A stretch of 64,000 bases of DNA from Bugula neritina (lineage: Eukaryota; Animalia; Bryozoa), in NCBI GenBank assembly GCA_964035545.1, contig OZ037765.1:28581504-28645503 (forward strand), read 5' to 3'. Each line of letters begins with the position of its first letter. The first letter of the stretch is position 1. Shown piece after piece: positions 1 to 10,197 of this stretch. Below the pieces are notes generated by a model that made no database searches, was not told the origin of the DNA, and saw only the letters and a list, made by a program, of their open reading frames with translations. The position numbers were made by a program, and so were the translations under genes.

Positions 1-955
1 TAAGGCCAGCAGTTTATATAACAGGATTTTTGGAGCCACTGTGGCCACTGTTGATAGAGCTGCTATACATGTTCACCAAGGGATGGTGGAACTAAAAAAA
101 GCAAACTTTTTAGAAGCTGAAGACTTCGCTTTGACTGCTATTGAAATTTTGGGAAAATGTGGGCAGAAATTAGGACACAATCTTTTTTCTTGTCATCAGT
201 TGCTTGCAGAATTATATCTGGCTACTGGAAATTTTGAAAAATCAGCAGAGCAGCTAGCTGTGTGCAAAGATCTGATCCTTCAATCCAGTAACAGTGGCTA
301 CGTTCTCACACATTCAGCCATTCACTTAGTTGATGCAGAACTCATTTATCAAGAAGCACTCAATGCCAAGAACGATATCAGAGCAAACCAGCTTTCACTT
401 GCAAAACAGTTGGTAGAAGAAGTAATTGAGTCTTTGAAGAAAACTGTTCATTTTACAGTTTCCGATAGTCATCCAGATATGGCAGCAGCTTTCAGGTTAC
501 TGGGACAAATTTCTCTGGCATTGGGTAAAAACTCTCTTGCAAAATGGTATACTAAGAAAGCACTTAAGGGTTTTTTGACAGCTTATGGTGAAGGCACCAA
601 TCACATTGACATTTTGAAAACATTTCTTGTTCTCAGTGAAATAAGTTTGCAGAAAAATCAGCTTCCCAATGCTCAAGATTATGTTAGAAAAGCACTTCCG
701 GAGTTACAAGAATTTTTTGGTTATGTCAGTAAACATCCACTACTAGCAGAAGCTTGGCACATTCAGTCTCAAATAGAACTAAAGGCCGGTGATAACCGCA
801 ATGCATTAGAGCACAGTGCTATGTCGATATACATGATGGAACAAACATTTGGCTGGAACTCCAAACACCCAGCTCTTTTAAAAATAGCCACACATTTTCT
901 TACGGTTTTTCTCATAATATACTTTAAAATAAATAGTATAGCGCAGATACTGTAA
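1..955 (+). CDS. C-terminal TPR region of a nucleotidyltransferase-TPR protein paralogue (5' part outside the window)
   Basis: Frame open from the window edge to TAA at 953-955; aligns by eye with the last ~315 aa of the protein at 13226-16751(-), e.g. shared HPDMAAAFRLLGQISLALG and HPLLAEAWHIQSQIELKA; nucleotides are a diverged reverse complement of ~13226-14180. Confidence 0.9.
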   Translation, partial: KASSLYNRIFGATVATVDRAAIHVHQGMVELKKANFLEAEDFALTAIEILGKCGQKLGHNLFSCHQLLAELYLATGNFEKSAEQLAVCKDLILQSSNSGYVLTHSAIHLVDAELIYQEALNAKNDIRANQLSLAKQLVEEVIESLKKTVHFTVSDSHPDMAAAFRLLGQISLALGKNSLAKWYTKKALKGFLTAYGEGTNHIDILKTFLVLSEISLQKNQLPNAQDYVRKALPELQEFFGYVSKHPLLAEAWHIQSQIELKAGDNRNALEHSAMSIYMMEQTFGWNSKHPALLKIATHFLTVFLIIYFKINSIAQIL

Positions 956-1167
956 AATTTTAGTGACATTACCTTGTCAAAAGTGCCGATGAGCTTGATA
1001 CATTTTAAATGATTGAATTGCTTATAAACTATATTATATATATTAACTATTATAATATATTAAAATTATCACAATGTAGCGCACTGATACAGTTCATGCA
1101 GCAGCAAATACTATTAACAAACAGAAATTATTATCATTATTATTATTCACCAGATATCTACTCAGAG

Positions 1168-1864
1168 CTAATAAAGTGCAACTTTCTTTAATGCTATGAA
1201 AACATGCGTGTTTTCATGTATGATGTGTGATTTTATTTAAAAATAGCACTGGTAAAATGGCACAGGTAAAAATGGCACCGTAAAATTGGCACGGTTAATA
1301 ATAGCATCGGTAATAGGCGCACAAATGGAAAAGCAGGAAAAATTTGCACACTGATCTTAAAGTTTCCCAAACCCCAAACTCAAACCCGCCTCTGAAACCC
1401 CCCCCCATCCTAAACATTTAACCCCACCCCAAACCTTAATATTGAAAAAGTGCCATTTTTACTTTCTACTTTGCAATTTGTGCCATTATTACGTTACCAT
1501 TTTTACCTGTACCACTTTTACGGACATCATTTCGTGTGAATGTCTCTCACAAGCTTTGCACAAGTCATAGTCCTGGCACATGCTAAAAATGAAATTTATA
1601 GAATATAGTAGAGTATTACAGTTGGTACTACAATCAGAAGTAGTAAATTTCCATTAACTCAAATGTCTAATTGCAGCAAATAGATAAAGGTATAAGCGCT
1701 TAGATTGCCACTCACCCACATTTGTATCTTCTACCAACAATTGGAGACTGCCCACAAGATGAACAACTTATTGCTTCCCTCCATTCTATTTGATCTGCAG
1801 TGTGATAATAAGCTCTGCTATAGACTACAGAACTATAGGCTATCTCCTCGCCCATGTCACGTGC
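1168..1864 (-). pseudogene. Partial pseudogene copy of the last two exons of the RING-ZZ-ZZ gene
   Basis: Reverse complement matches 12587-13012 (ARDMGEEI...CSSCGQSPIVGRRYKCG|MCQDYDLC...). The last exon is split by a 307-bp insertion (1222-1528) and lacks ~39 bp; no upstream exons recognised beyond ~1890. Confidence 0.85.
1222..1528. mobile_element. Non-autonomous DNA transposon (MITE-like) with AT target duplication
   Basis: Comparison with the empty paralogous site (tcatgtATttcgtg, reverse complement of ~12914-12927) gives AT|GATGT...ACATC|AT; subterminal ggcac(a/c)ggtaaaaat-type repeats at left are mirrored by gtgccattttta-type repeats at right. Confidence 0.75.
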
Positions 1865-3903
1865 CTTAAATAAAAAGCAAATTGGTCTAATCTCAATCCT
1901 CTGTTATTTTCAAGCACAAATAATATAGTCAACCAGAAAACTGCTGAGCTATCAAGTTTCTCCGCAACACTTGATCCTAACAAATTATTTGCAGCTAGAA
2001 GTTGGAACACACTATGATTTGGTGGGCTCAAAAGCCTAACCTTTTTACGTTATTGCAAGATTGAATGAGAATGCAAATTACATTATATTAAATATTCTTG
2101 CTTTTGCTTGAAAACGTTGAAGTAGAACTTTCAAATTATATCTAATAACCCTACTATTGCAAATCCTCAATTCAGTGTTATGCTGGCTTTGGATTTGTTG
2201 AACTCACTAAGTTATTGTATGTCATAGCCTTGGGTTTAGCTTGAGGGTTCGAGCTATTGTTGTGGAATTTCAGAGTATATATAAATTCCACTTTGTGGGT
2301 TATTGAGAAGAACCAATGCTATTACTTAATTTACTGGTTATTATTTGAGAAAGGTACGAGAGTATTCTGCGAGTAGATATGTATCGTAGGTTTGCCTATT
2401 ATAGAGGTCAAACCTATTTCCTTTATTATTAACCAAACAAAAACATAATTACAAATAGCAAAATAACAGTACACAATCAAAGAACACAACAGTAGCTAAC
2501 TACTCTCCAACTCTCTGGGCTGGCATGGTCACCTTATTATATACCAAGATACACACATTTACAGGCTGGCCAAAAAGCCTGAGCTTATGAGTAACACTGT
2601 GGACCCGCCAGCATATCATTGTCCATCACACATCAATGAAGTTCCTTAACTATATTTTACTGAAACTACTACACTACAGTGTTTCATTAAATTAGCATAT
2701 TTAGCTACAAAGGTTACTGTGCATTCATTTCAAAATAGATTAGTTGTTATTTTGGCAGCTTCCACCAAATTTCCACCACTATCATGATCTCTAACCCAAC
2801 CTTGGCAACATCAAGATTTTTTCCTACTAGTCATGGCATTTCATGTAGGCATTGCCAATAACTTCAGCAGTAGTGATTAAAAATATCTCATTTGTAGGGG
2901 TTATTCAAAGATATTCAAGCCAACAGTCAACCCCTAAATCTACTGCTTTTATCCTTACTGATTCAAAACAAGGATATAATAGTTATAGCTATGCCAGTTT
3001 GTAAATTTATATTTTGCATACCATATCAGATAATTTTTGGTTTGCTGTTACAAAGCCATGATTTATGTACTGTTTGTGCCAACATAAATATTTTCCTGCC
3101 TATACTACATATGATCAGCCATTTGCAAAAGATTTGGTAACTTACTGTAGAAAGTTATAGTAGTTATAATATATTGAGTTTTCTTTACACCAGCTTATCT
3201 AATTCACCTTACCTAATTCACCATATAAACACATGTGCTTTGTTACTAGCTGTGCAGTATCTACTCTGCAAAAAAGTGCTGTGTGTTATTTGGTCTGACA
3301 ACGGCTATAAAAGTAGAGGATAATGTCTTCAAGCAAATGTACTCTTCAAATCACCTAGTTGGGTTGACTTTATTGAAATATTGCATGAAAAACAGCTTCA
3401 CTGAAGTCTAAAGTGACTAGAAGTGTGAGATTAAAATTTGAACACAGGTGTACAAATTAACCAGTTTTTATAACATCTATGTTATTGTTTAATGAGCACC
3501 GCACACTAGAGCTAAGGTAAAAAGTATGATGAAATTTGATTAGACCACTTTATTTATAGTAGGAGCCCCTAACTATAAAAAGCCTTACAGGACAAAGCTA
3601 TTTATAATAAGTTTGTGTTATGTAGAGTAAACTCCTATTTATGGAAGTGATCGAACTAATCTAAAAATATATTATAAGCAAATGGATAGTGGGTAATATT
3701 ACCACACTAAAGAACTTGAAATCTTATAAGTTTTATTCTTATAACATATATTATATTACAGAAAATAAAACTGCCTTATTCTACCCACTGTGCTTATTCA
3801 TGTTGGATTACCCGAAAATTGCAGAAGCCCTATAATAACAGATAATGGATAGTGCTCTTATTTGGGTGAGACAACTCTATCGATGCTGGTTCAATATTAC
3901 ATA

Positions 3904-3948
3904 CACTGAACTGAAACTATAATTATAGTTAAAGGTTATAGTTCAATG
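3904..3948. mobile_element. 45-bp hAT-like mini element
   Basis: CACTGAACTGAAACTATAA...TTATAGTTCAATG flanked by attacata/attacatg (7/8 direct repeat); related copy at 17162-17199. Confidence 0.55.
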
Positions 3949-4268
3949 ATTACATGTACAGTAATCACTGATGAATCTATGACAGAACAGATGGGAGTGG
4001 ATTTGGTAGGAAGACAACTACCACTTCTAATAATTTCACCGTATACTCGAGTTATAACATAGCTGAATTTTCAGTCATGCAATCAAAACATAGTTTGTTG
4101 TTATTGCTTTGTAACATAGACGCAGGTAAAAATTTATTTGAATCAGAAAAGGAGACAAACAGACAAATGGTCTTGCCAAGCCTAAAATTGGTTGGATTCC
4201 AAATTATAATTTTATACGAGCAATCAACAAGTTAACTTCATGTTGCTGTTGAATAATCATAGTGATAA

Positions 4269-4620
4269 TGTAGTGAGTAGTGCAAGTACAAATACAGGAA
4301 TCGCCCTCTCCCTATTCTTGGAATACTTAGACTCTTATGTAGCAACCAATTAGCAGCTCCGGAAGATATGCTTCCGAGTCACGTGACACTTCCCGGGTTA
4401 ATAAGATTATATCACGTTGTTGTAAGCGGAGGCTTGTAGTAGTAACATGTGTTAGTAGTTGACTCTTGTATAGGATAATTTGATGTGATGTTTGGTTTAT
4501 GCTTTATTGTGGATAATAAATATAATTACTCGACAGCTACCCTAGTAATTGATAACAGAATAACCAGCTAACTATACGCAAGTAAATAACTCACGCTCAG
4601 TAATTGCACAAATTACAACA
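4269..4620 (+). repeat. 5' LTR
   Basis: Starts TGTAGTGAGT, ends AATTACAACA; direct repeat of 9178-9529; contains AATAAA (~4515) and GTCACGTGAC (4378-4387). Confidence 0.97.
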
Positions 4621-4621
4621 G

Positions 4622-4639
4622 TGGTGGCAGCGGTGGGAT
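4622..4639 (+). promoter_or_regulatory. Primer binding site complementary to tRNA-Leu 3' end
   Basis: TGGTGGCAGCGGTGGGAT, 1 nt after the LTR, is the reverse complement of ...ATCCCACCGCTGCCA-CCA, the 3' end of metazoan tRNA-Leu(AAG)-type tRNAs. Confidence 0.9.
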
Positions 4640-4655
4640 CTTGCGTATAGCAGTC

Positions 4656-5606
4656 ATGGCAGAAGACGGCACGGAGCTACCCATTCCACTGAATGAAGGT
4701 GAGAGAGATAATGTTGATATACCTGTGGAACCAGTGGTGTTAGATGAAGAAGTGAGAATTCTTAGAGAGTATGGTGAAGACAGATACCGGATGAAGGTGC
4801 CCACCTTCGCAGGCGAGGAAGCAGTGGAGCAGTTTATCCAAATATTCCAAGATGTGATGGAGATTTCAGAGTGGCCGCCAAGGGTGGCGCTGCTCAAGCT
4901 CAGGATGGCGCTGACGGGCAAAGCTAAGCCGTACGGAGCGGGACCTGACATAGACGGAATCTTTGCTTCCCTGCGGGCCCGTTTTGGCATCTCTCCCATA
5001 GATGCGCGGGCCCGTCTACAGAGGATGCGGCGTGATCCTCACACGTCACTAGAAGAGCACGCTGCCACGGTGTACCCATTAGCGCAGATTGCATTCCGCG
5101 ATCTGCCTCCGGTACACCGTGAGAGGTATACCTATGATGCCTTCGTGCAGTCCATCAACGACTTGGGGCTCCACCATCAACTCCAAGCGAGGGGAGTCAC
5201 CACAGTCGAAGATGCACTTGCGGTGGGAGAAGCCTATCTCTTGGCGACTCATATGCACCGCAACCGCGTGGCCTCCCGCCAGGTGACCACGGAGCACTCT
5301 ACTGCTCACACCGAATTAAATGCGGAACCCTCCGCGGTGGCTAGTGTGAACCAGATGTCACTAGCGTCAAAAATCTCACAGATGACTGACATGCTAGATA
5401 AACTGGTCACCACATTAGCCTCCCCAAGCCAGGTAGATACTGCCCGTGAGCCTTGCGGGCCGCAGGTACAATCACCAGGCATGGGGCACCACTTCTGCTG
5501 GGAATGCGGAAGGCCAGGACATTTCCAGAGAAACTGCCCTCAACTCTCACCAGGGTTAAACTACCCCGGCCCGCAGATGTTCCCACCTCCTGCGGGCCGT
5601 CTGTAA
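4656..5606 (+). CDS. gag: Gag (capsid plus CCHC nucleocapsid)
   Basis: First ATG after the PBS (MAEDGTEL); capsid-like KVPTFAGEEAVEQFIQIF...W; zinc knuckle CWECGRPGHFQRNC. Confidence 0.93.
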   Translation: MAEDGTELPIPLNEGERDNVDIPVEPVVLDEEVRILREYGEDRYRMKVPTFAGEEAVEQFIQIFQDVMEISEWPPRVALLKLRMALTGKAKPYGAGPDIDGIFASLRARFGISPIDARARLQRMRRDPHTSLEEHAATVYPLAQIAFRDLPPVHRERYTYDAFVQSINDLGLHHQLQARGVTTVEDALAVGEAYLLATHMHRNRVASRQVTTEHSTAHTELNAEPSAVASVNQMSLASKISQMTDMLDKLVTTLASPSQVDTAREPCGPQVQSPGMGHHFCWECGRPGHFQRNCPQLSPGLNYPGPQMFPPPAGRL

Positions 5607-7813
5607 ATCACCCAGGGAGGCCCGCGCGTCTGTCGCCCCGCTGGGCGCCGCGCGGAGATGCTGTGAAGTGGCGACCCCCGCGGCAAGTAGGCTCAAGCCA
5701 CTCGCCGCCTGGGTCCTCTACGCCACTCCGGCACCAACACGGAGCCGGCAGACGGTTGACCACAGAGCCTGCGAGGGAAACGGTACAAGCGCCGCAAGGC
5801 GTACCGCCCCAACCTCGGCAGCTGGTCAATAGTCGCCGCCAACCGTGGACCCCTCGACCCACAGCGAGGGAGGTGCAACCACGGCACACTCAATTGCAGC
5901 CGCACGGAAGTAGCTACTTCCTGCCAGGGAAGTTAGCCGGCAAGCCTGCCAACTTCCTCCTGGACTCCGGCTGCACCACCAACCTCCTTAGCCGTCAGTT
6001 CTTTGACACCCTCAGCGCTAAGGTCAAGGACAGGTTGGCACCGTACGAGGGGGATCATGGCACCTTGGCAGACGGGTCGTGCATTCCCTTCTACGGCATT
6101 ATTGAGCTAACTGGTTACGTCCGTGACCAGGCCATCCAAGAGACGTTTATCGTCGGGCAGCTCAACGAGGATGCTATCCTCGGGATGCCATTCTTACAAC
6201 GACACGGTTGTCGCATCGATTTCAGTAAATCTGCGATAATCATGGGCGACAAGGAGCTCGCTTGTGTCGATAAGTTTGGTCGTCCTCTAGCGGGAGCAGT
6301 GCAGGTAGTACGGAGCTGTACTATACCAGGCCACTCCCGGGCTACCGTCCGCTGCAAGGTAGACGGTGGCCAAACCTCTAAGTTGGGAGTTGTCGAAAGT
6401 ACGCACTCGAGAGTCCAACTTGCCCGTAGTTTTAGCCGGCTCACGGGGCAAGGAGAGATCTCAGTGCAGTGTGTCAACCCCTTCTCAGAGACAGTAGACC
6501 TATCACCCAGATCCATGCTGGGTCGCTTCCATCCTGTCCAGGAGGAAGCCATTGGGCCGTCGTCGGGAGCTACGACGGAAGGTCCTCAGCAGAGCCCGTC
6601 TCGAGGGCGGAGGACCGTCCCAACCCACGCCTCCCCTCCTCCAGGGACGCGTGGCTGCACAGGCAACGGGAAGCGCCAGGCTATGGCTAGGTTGCCACAT
6701 GGGTACAGTGAGGCGTTCAGCCACACAAACCACGGAGCCCGCCTAAATAGAGCAGGCTGCCGTGAGGTACCACGGGCGGCGAGGACCGCCCCTGCTCAGC
6801 CACTTCAACAGAGGGCTGACACGCCCCCGGAGGCTGCCCAGAGCCTCCGCGCCAAACCTGTATGGGCTGGTAACGTTAGGGAGCTGCCGAAGCTCCAGGA
6901 ATGCCTTCCTGGGGTGGTAGCCGACGTGTACCGAGCGAAACAGGAGGGGCGACGACCCAGTAGTACACAACGGCGACAGGGATGCGCCGAGTTACGGCTG
7001 TACTGTCAACGTTGGAGCTCTCTGCGGGTCGGGCCAGATGGTCTGCTAACCATGACCTTGGCCACCAACAGCAGACAGCCAGCCAGGAAGAGGGTTGTCT
7101 GCCCAGTTGCCATCCGCCGGAAGTTGATACAAGACACTCACGAGGAGACTCACGGAGGAGTCCAAGGGGTGGTCACCAAGTTACAACTCCGGTGGTACTG
7201 GCCTAACATGGAACGGGATATCCGACGCAGAGTGAGACGGTGCAAAGTCTGCCAGACCAACAAGCATAGCCGTCTCCCTGGTGAAGCGGGGCGGCAGACG
7301 CATTGTGCGAGAAGGTCTCGGCAGGCGGAGACTGTCAACCTGGCCGGAAACACCTCCATGACACGTCAGGAAGACTTGGCGAGGCGAGAAAGGCCACTTC
7401 CGTCCTTGAAAGTGCGCCCACCGCCCCCAACGTCAAGCCTGCCATCATCACCACTTCCGGAACCAGAAACAGGTCCGGAAGTGCAAAAACCCCCCGTGGG
7501 AGGGGCTCCGCAAGGAGATGCCAACATAGGACCAGCACCACACACTAGGCAACTTCCAGCGTGTCTCAGAGACTGTGTACGTGACCGCGGTATAAGCGGC
7601 AGTAACAAAAGTCTAGAGAGGCCTCGCATGGGAAAACAGGCAAAGAGCCGTGGGAGTTGTGATCACCACGAGAATCTCAACTTTTGCCTCGGCGGAATCT
7701 CACACGAGATTCATCCGCTGGAAGTGAAAAGCCCTAGTCACGTTTCACAACCACGCTGTCCGGTCTTTTCCTATGTTGATGCAGTCGAGAGTAGACGTGC
7801 CAGTAAACAGTAA
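5555..7813 (+). CDS. pol: Internally deleted Pol: aspartic protease plus integrase HHCC zinc finger, no RT, RNase H or DDE core; probably -1 frameshifted from gag
   Basis: FLLDSGCTTNLL and ILGMPFL protease motifs; THEETHGG...WYWPNMERDI...CKVCQ integrase Zn domain; no YxDD, RNase H or D,D(35)E motif in the 786-codon frame; frame is -1 relative to gag with GTTAAAC in the overlap. Confidence 0.88.
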   Translation, partial: VKLPRPADVPTSCGPSVNHPGRPARLSPRWAPRGDAVKWRPPRQVGSSHSPPGSSTPLRHQHGAGRRLTTEPARETVQAPQGVPPQPRQLVNSRRQPWTPRPTAREVQPRHTQLQPHGSSYFLPGKLAGKPANFLLDSGCTTNLLSRQFFDTLSAKVKDRLAPYEGDHGTLADGSCIPFYGIIELTGYVRDQAIQETFIVGQLNEDAILGMPFLQRHGCRIDFSKSAIIMGDKELACVDKFGRPLAGAVQVVRSCTIPGHSRATVRCKVDGGQTSKLGVVESTHSRVQLARSFSRLTGQGEISVQCVNPFSETVDLSPRSMLGRFHPVQEEAIGPSSGATTEGPQQSPSRGRRTVPTHASPPPGTRGCTGNGKRQAMARLPHGYSEAFSHTNHGARLNRAGCREVPRAARTAPAQPLQQRADTPPEAAQSLRAKPVWAGNVRELPKLQECLPGVVADVYRAKQEGRRPSSTQRRQGCAELRLYCQRWSSLRVGPDGLLTMTLATNSRQPARKRVVCPVAIRRKLIQDTHEETHGGVQGVVTKLQLRWYWPNMERDIRRRVRRCKVCQTNKHSRLPGEAGRQTHCARRSRQAETVNLAGNTSMTRQEDLARRERPLPSLKVRPPPPTSSLPSSPLPEPETGPEVQKPPVGGAPQGDANIGPAPHTRQLPACLRDCVRDRGISGSNKSLERPRMGKQAKSRGSCDHHENLNFCLGGISHEIHPLEVKSPSHVSQPRCPVFSYVDAVESRRASKQ

Positions 7814-7836
7814 TCAGATACCACTTTCATTCCAAA

Positions 7837-8884
7837 ATGTCTTACTATTCTGGATCGAAGGGTGAGTTAATTATGTTTTTGGTACGATAACTAGACTGCA
7901 TCAGTCAGCTACACTAGCTAGCTGGAGATTCGATAATGATAAACAGTGGTGGGAATACACGTCGACTTTGATTTTAAATAATCTGTCATAGCGAGTGTGT
8001 TCTCCATCAACTATTCATTAGCCTGAATCTCACGAGTGTAACTGAACAGAGTACCGGTCAGGCTGTACACGCCGACGGTGTCTCAGTGTATAATCTTTAA
8101 CACTGCTACTCTTTCAGATCACACTCGAGTGACCACCTCCCGGTCACGAGACCAGCCAACCTCTCTGTCTATGGAAGAAGAGCCTGTAATGGAGAATGGC
8201 ATACCAGTAGTACTCCGCCGACGACACCGTTGGGTGTCACCCACGACAGAGAGGAGAATTGAAGAAGCCTGGGGACCCAGTGGACCACACCGAACCTGCC
8301 AGGTCTGCTTTGAGGAGTGCCCGTCACACCGCTCCTTGCGTTTACATGTGGATGCCCATTTCCTACTCCACTTCTGTCCCTGCGGCTTCCACGACGTCTA
8401 CCCGTATCCCGTGACAGTACATAAGCTAAGCTGCTTCGCCGGAGAGAACCACACTGTTGATGAAGACAGTTTCCCCCTATACCTGGATGCCATCAAACCA
8501 GTCATCAGGAAGGCTATTACCCTGGCCGCACTAACGTCAGGGTTTCACGTACTGATACTATCTGCCCGCCATAAGTCCCCTATGGTTCAGGGCCCACCTC
8601 CTACCCCCGTCAACCCTAGCAACACCCCAGAAGTAGAAGAAACAACCATATCCCGTATCACGGAGACCCCCGTAACCCCACCAAGACCTAGCCAGCTGGC
8701 TAACGTAGAAGAGCGGCTTCTAAGACTGCAAGCCGAGTTCACACAACTTGCCCCTGACTTGCTGGATACGACGACAGGTCTATACCAGTTGAAGGACTCA
8801 GTGGGACGACTGAAGAGGCGGCTACGGGCCCGACAGGCTCGACACAGAGCACGGTCGCTACAAGAAGCAGAGTCCAACCAATGA
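7837..8884 (+). CDS. Accessory ORF3 of the LTR element: C2H2-like zinc finger, Pro-rich linker, coiled coil and basic tail; predicted two exons 7837-7861 and 8118-8884 (263 aa)
   Basis: CQVC-x12-HVDAH then CPCG...H...C; heptad-like LRLQAEFTQL...LYQLKDSVGRLKRRLRAR. aaaATG at 7837, donor AAGG|GTGAGT at 7862, acceptor tttaac...ctctttcag at 8117; the splice is in frame (MSYYSGSK-D-HTRV). Unspliced alternative start at ATG 8171. Confidence 0.75.
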
Positions 8885-9166
8885 GAATGCCTGGGGTAGG
8901 CACCTTCGTTGAGCTATAGCTCGTTTAGGATATGACGAGCGCTCCGACATTGGCCCGCGTGCTGGTAAGCACCCTCTCTCTTAATAGCTGACTAGATGTG
9001 TGTGATCGATCACCCTGTTGTCTTCTAATGTAAACGCTGTCGTGTTTAACTATTTCTTTTCTTACTCTTTGTGGGTTTACTTATGAATATTTCCTTTTTG
9101 GATTATTGTATGGTTTTTCATTATGTTTTTTTATTATTGTGTTATCAGAAAGTAGGGCTTTCTGCT

Positions 9167-9177
9167 GGGGGGGACGG
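9167..9177 (+). promoter_or_regulatory. Polypurine tract
   Basis: GGGGGGGACGG directly before the 3' LTR. Confidence 0.85.
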
Positions 9178-9529
9178 TGTAGTGAGTAGTGCAAGTACAA
9201 ATACAGGAATCGCCCTCTCCCTATTCTTGGAATACTTAGACTCTTATGTAGCAACCAATTAGCAGCTCCGGAAGATATGCTTCCGAGTCACGTGACACTT
9301 CCCGGGTTAATAAGATTATATCACGTTGTTGTAAGCGGAGGCTTGTAGTAGTAACATGTGTTAGTAGTTGACTCTTGTATAGGATAATTTGATGTGATGT
9401 TTGGTTTATGCTTTATTGTGGATAATAAATATAATTACTCGACAGCTACCCTAGTAATTGATAACAGAATAACCAGCTAACTATACGCAAGTAAATAACT
9501 CACGCTCAGTAATTGCACAAATTACAACA
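9178..9529 (+). repeat. 3' LTR
   Basis: Direct repeat of 4269-4620, followed by ATAA TSD. Confidence 0.97.
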
Positions 9530-9589
9530 ATAATTTATATGTTTAACAATTTATGTTAAACTATGGTTAGGCTATTCGCGTTCATACTC

Positions 9590-10130
9590 ATACTGATACT
9601 CACATAGTTGTGCATTATTTAAAAATCATTATTTATAATAATAGTTATATTTATAATATAGATATTTATATTAAATTTAATATTACTATTAGTATTACTA
9701 TTACTATTAGTATTAATATTACTATTACTATTACTATTAGTATTAGTTTTGATAACTAATTTATTCTTTAATTGTAGTTATAATAATAAATACATATTAT
9801 TAATATTATTATTATATTTTATGATAACTAGTATTATTAATTTTTTAATAATATTATAATTAATCAGTATTAATATTATGTTTAAATTTTCAATTACTTA
9901 TAGTTATACTTATAGTTATAGTTATACATTAACTATAAACTTATAATTAAGTTTTACTTATAGTTATAGTTATTGTAAAACTAAATGTAATTGTTAATAA
10001 GTATTTATATATTCATAATTTTAATTGGCTTGGAGTTATTAATTTATCATGATAAATATAATTATAATAATAATTATATTAAATATATTTATAATAATCA
10101 TAATGCCATAATCATAATGATAATGAGCAA
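9590..10130. repeat. Degenerate AT-rich period-3/6 low-complexity tract
   Basis: (tattac)n, (ttatag)n, (aat)n variants upstream of the first coding exon of the RING-ZZ gene. Confidence 0.8.
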
Positions 10131-10197
10131 ATCAATAAAATTATTTTAAACACAAATGCCAGGCATTTCGTACATGATGTTTATTTATTTTAGAAAA

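Larger units (their letters stand above)
4269..9529 (+). mobile_element. Ty3/Gypsy-type LTR retrotransposon, non-autonomous, recently inserted
   Basis: TG...CA LTRs of 352 bp at 4269-4620 and 9178-9529, no differences found by eye; ATAA TSD (4265-4268, 9530-9533); PBS and PPT present; gag, protease and integrase HHCC motifs; interior much more GC-rich than the flanks. Confidence 0.97.

Noticed and set aside
2380-2630. Possible solo LTR on the minus strand (TG...CA ends, TATA-like and AATAAA motifs)
   Set aside because: No matching TSD and no second copy in the window, so it cannot be supported.
4622-4639. tRNA-Leu gene on the minus strand
   Set aside because: Only 18 nt complementary to the tRNA 3' end including CCA; it is the retroelement PBS.
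4613-8877. Many short overlapping and antisense ORFs inside the LTR element
   Set aside because: Expected in GC-rich coding DNA; no recognisable motifs.
8118-8884. ORF3 as an envelope gene
   Set aside because: No signal peptide, fusion peptide or transmembrane anchor.
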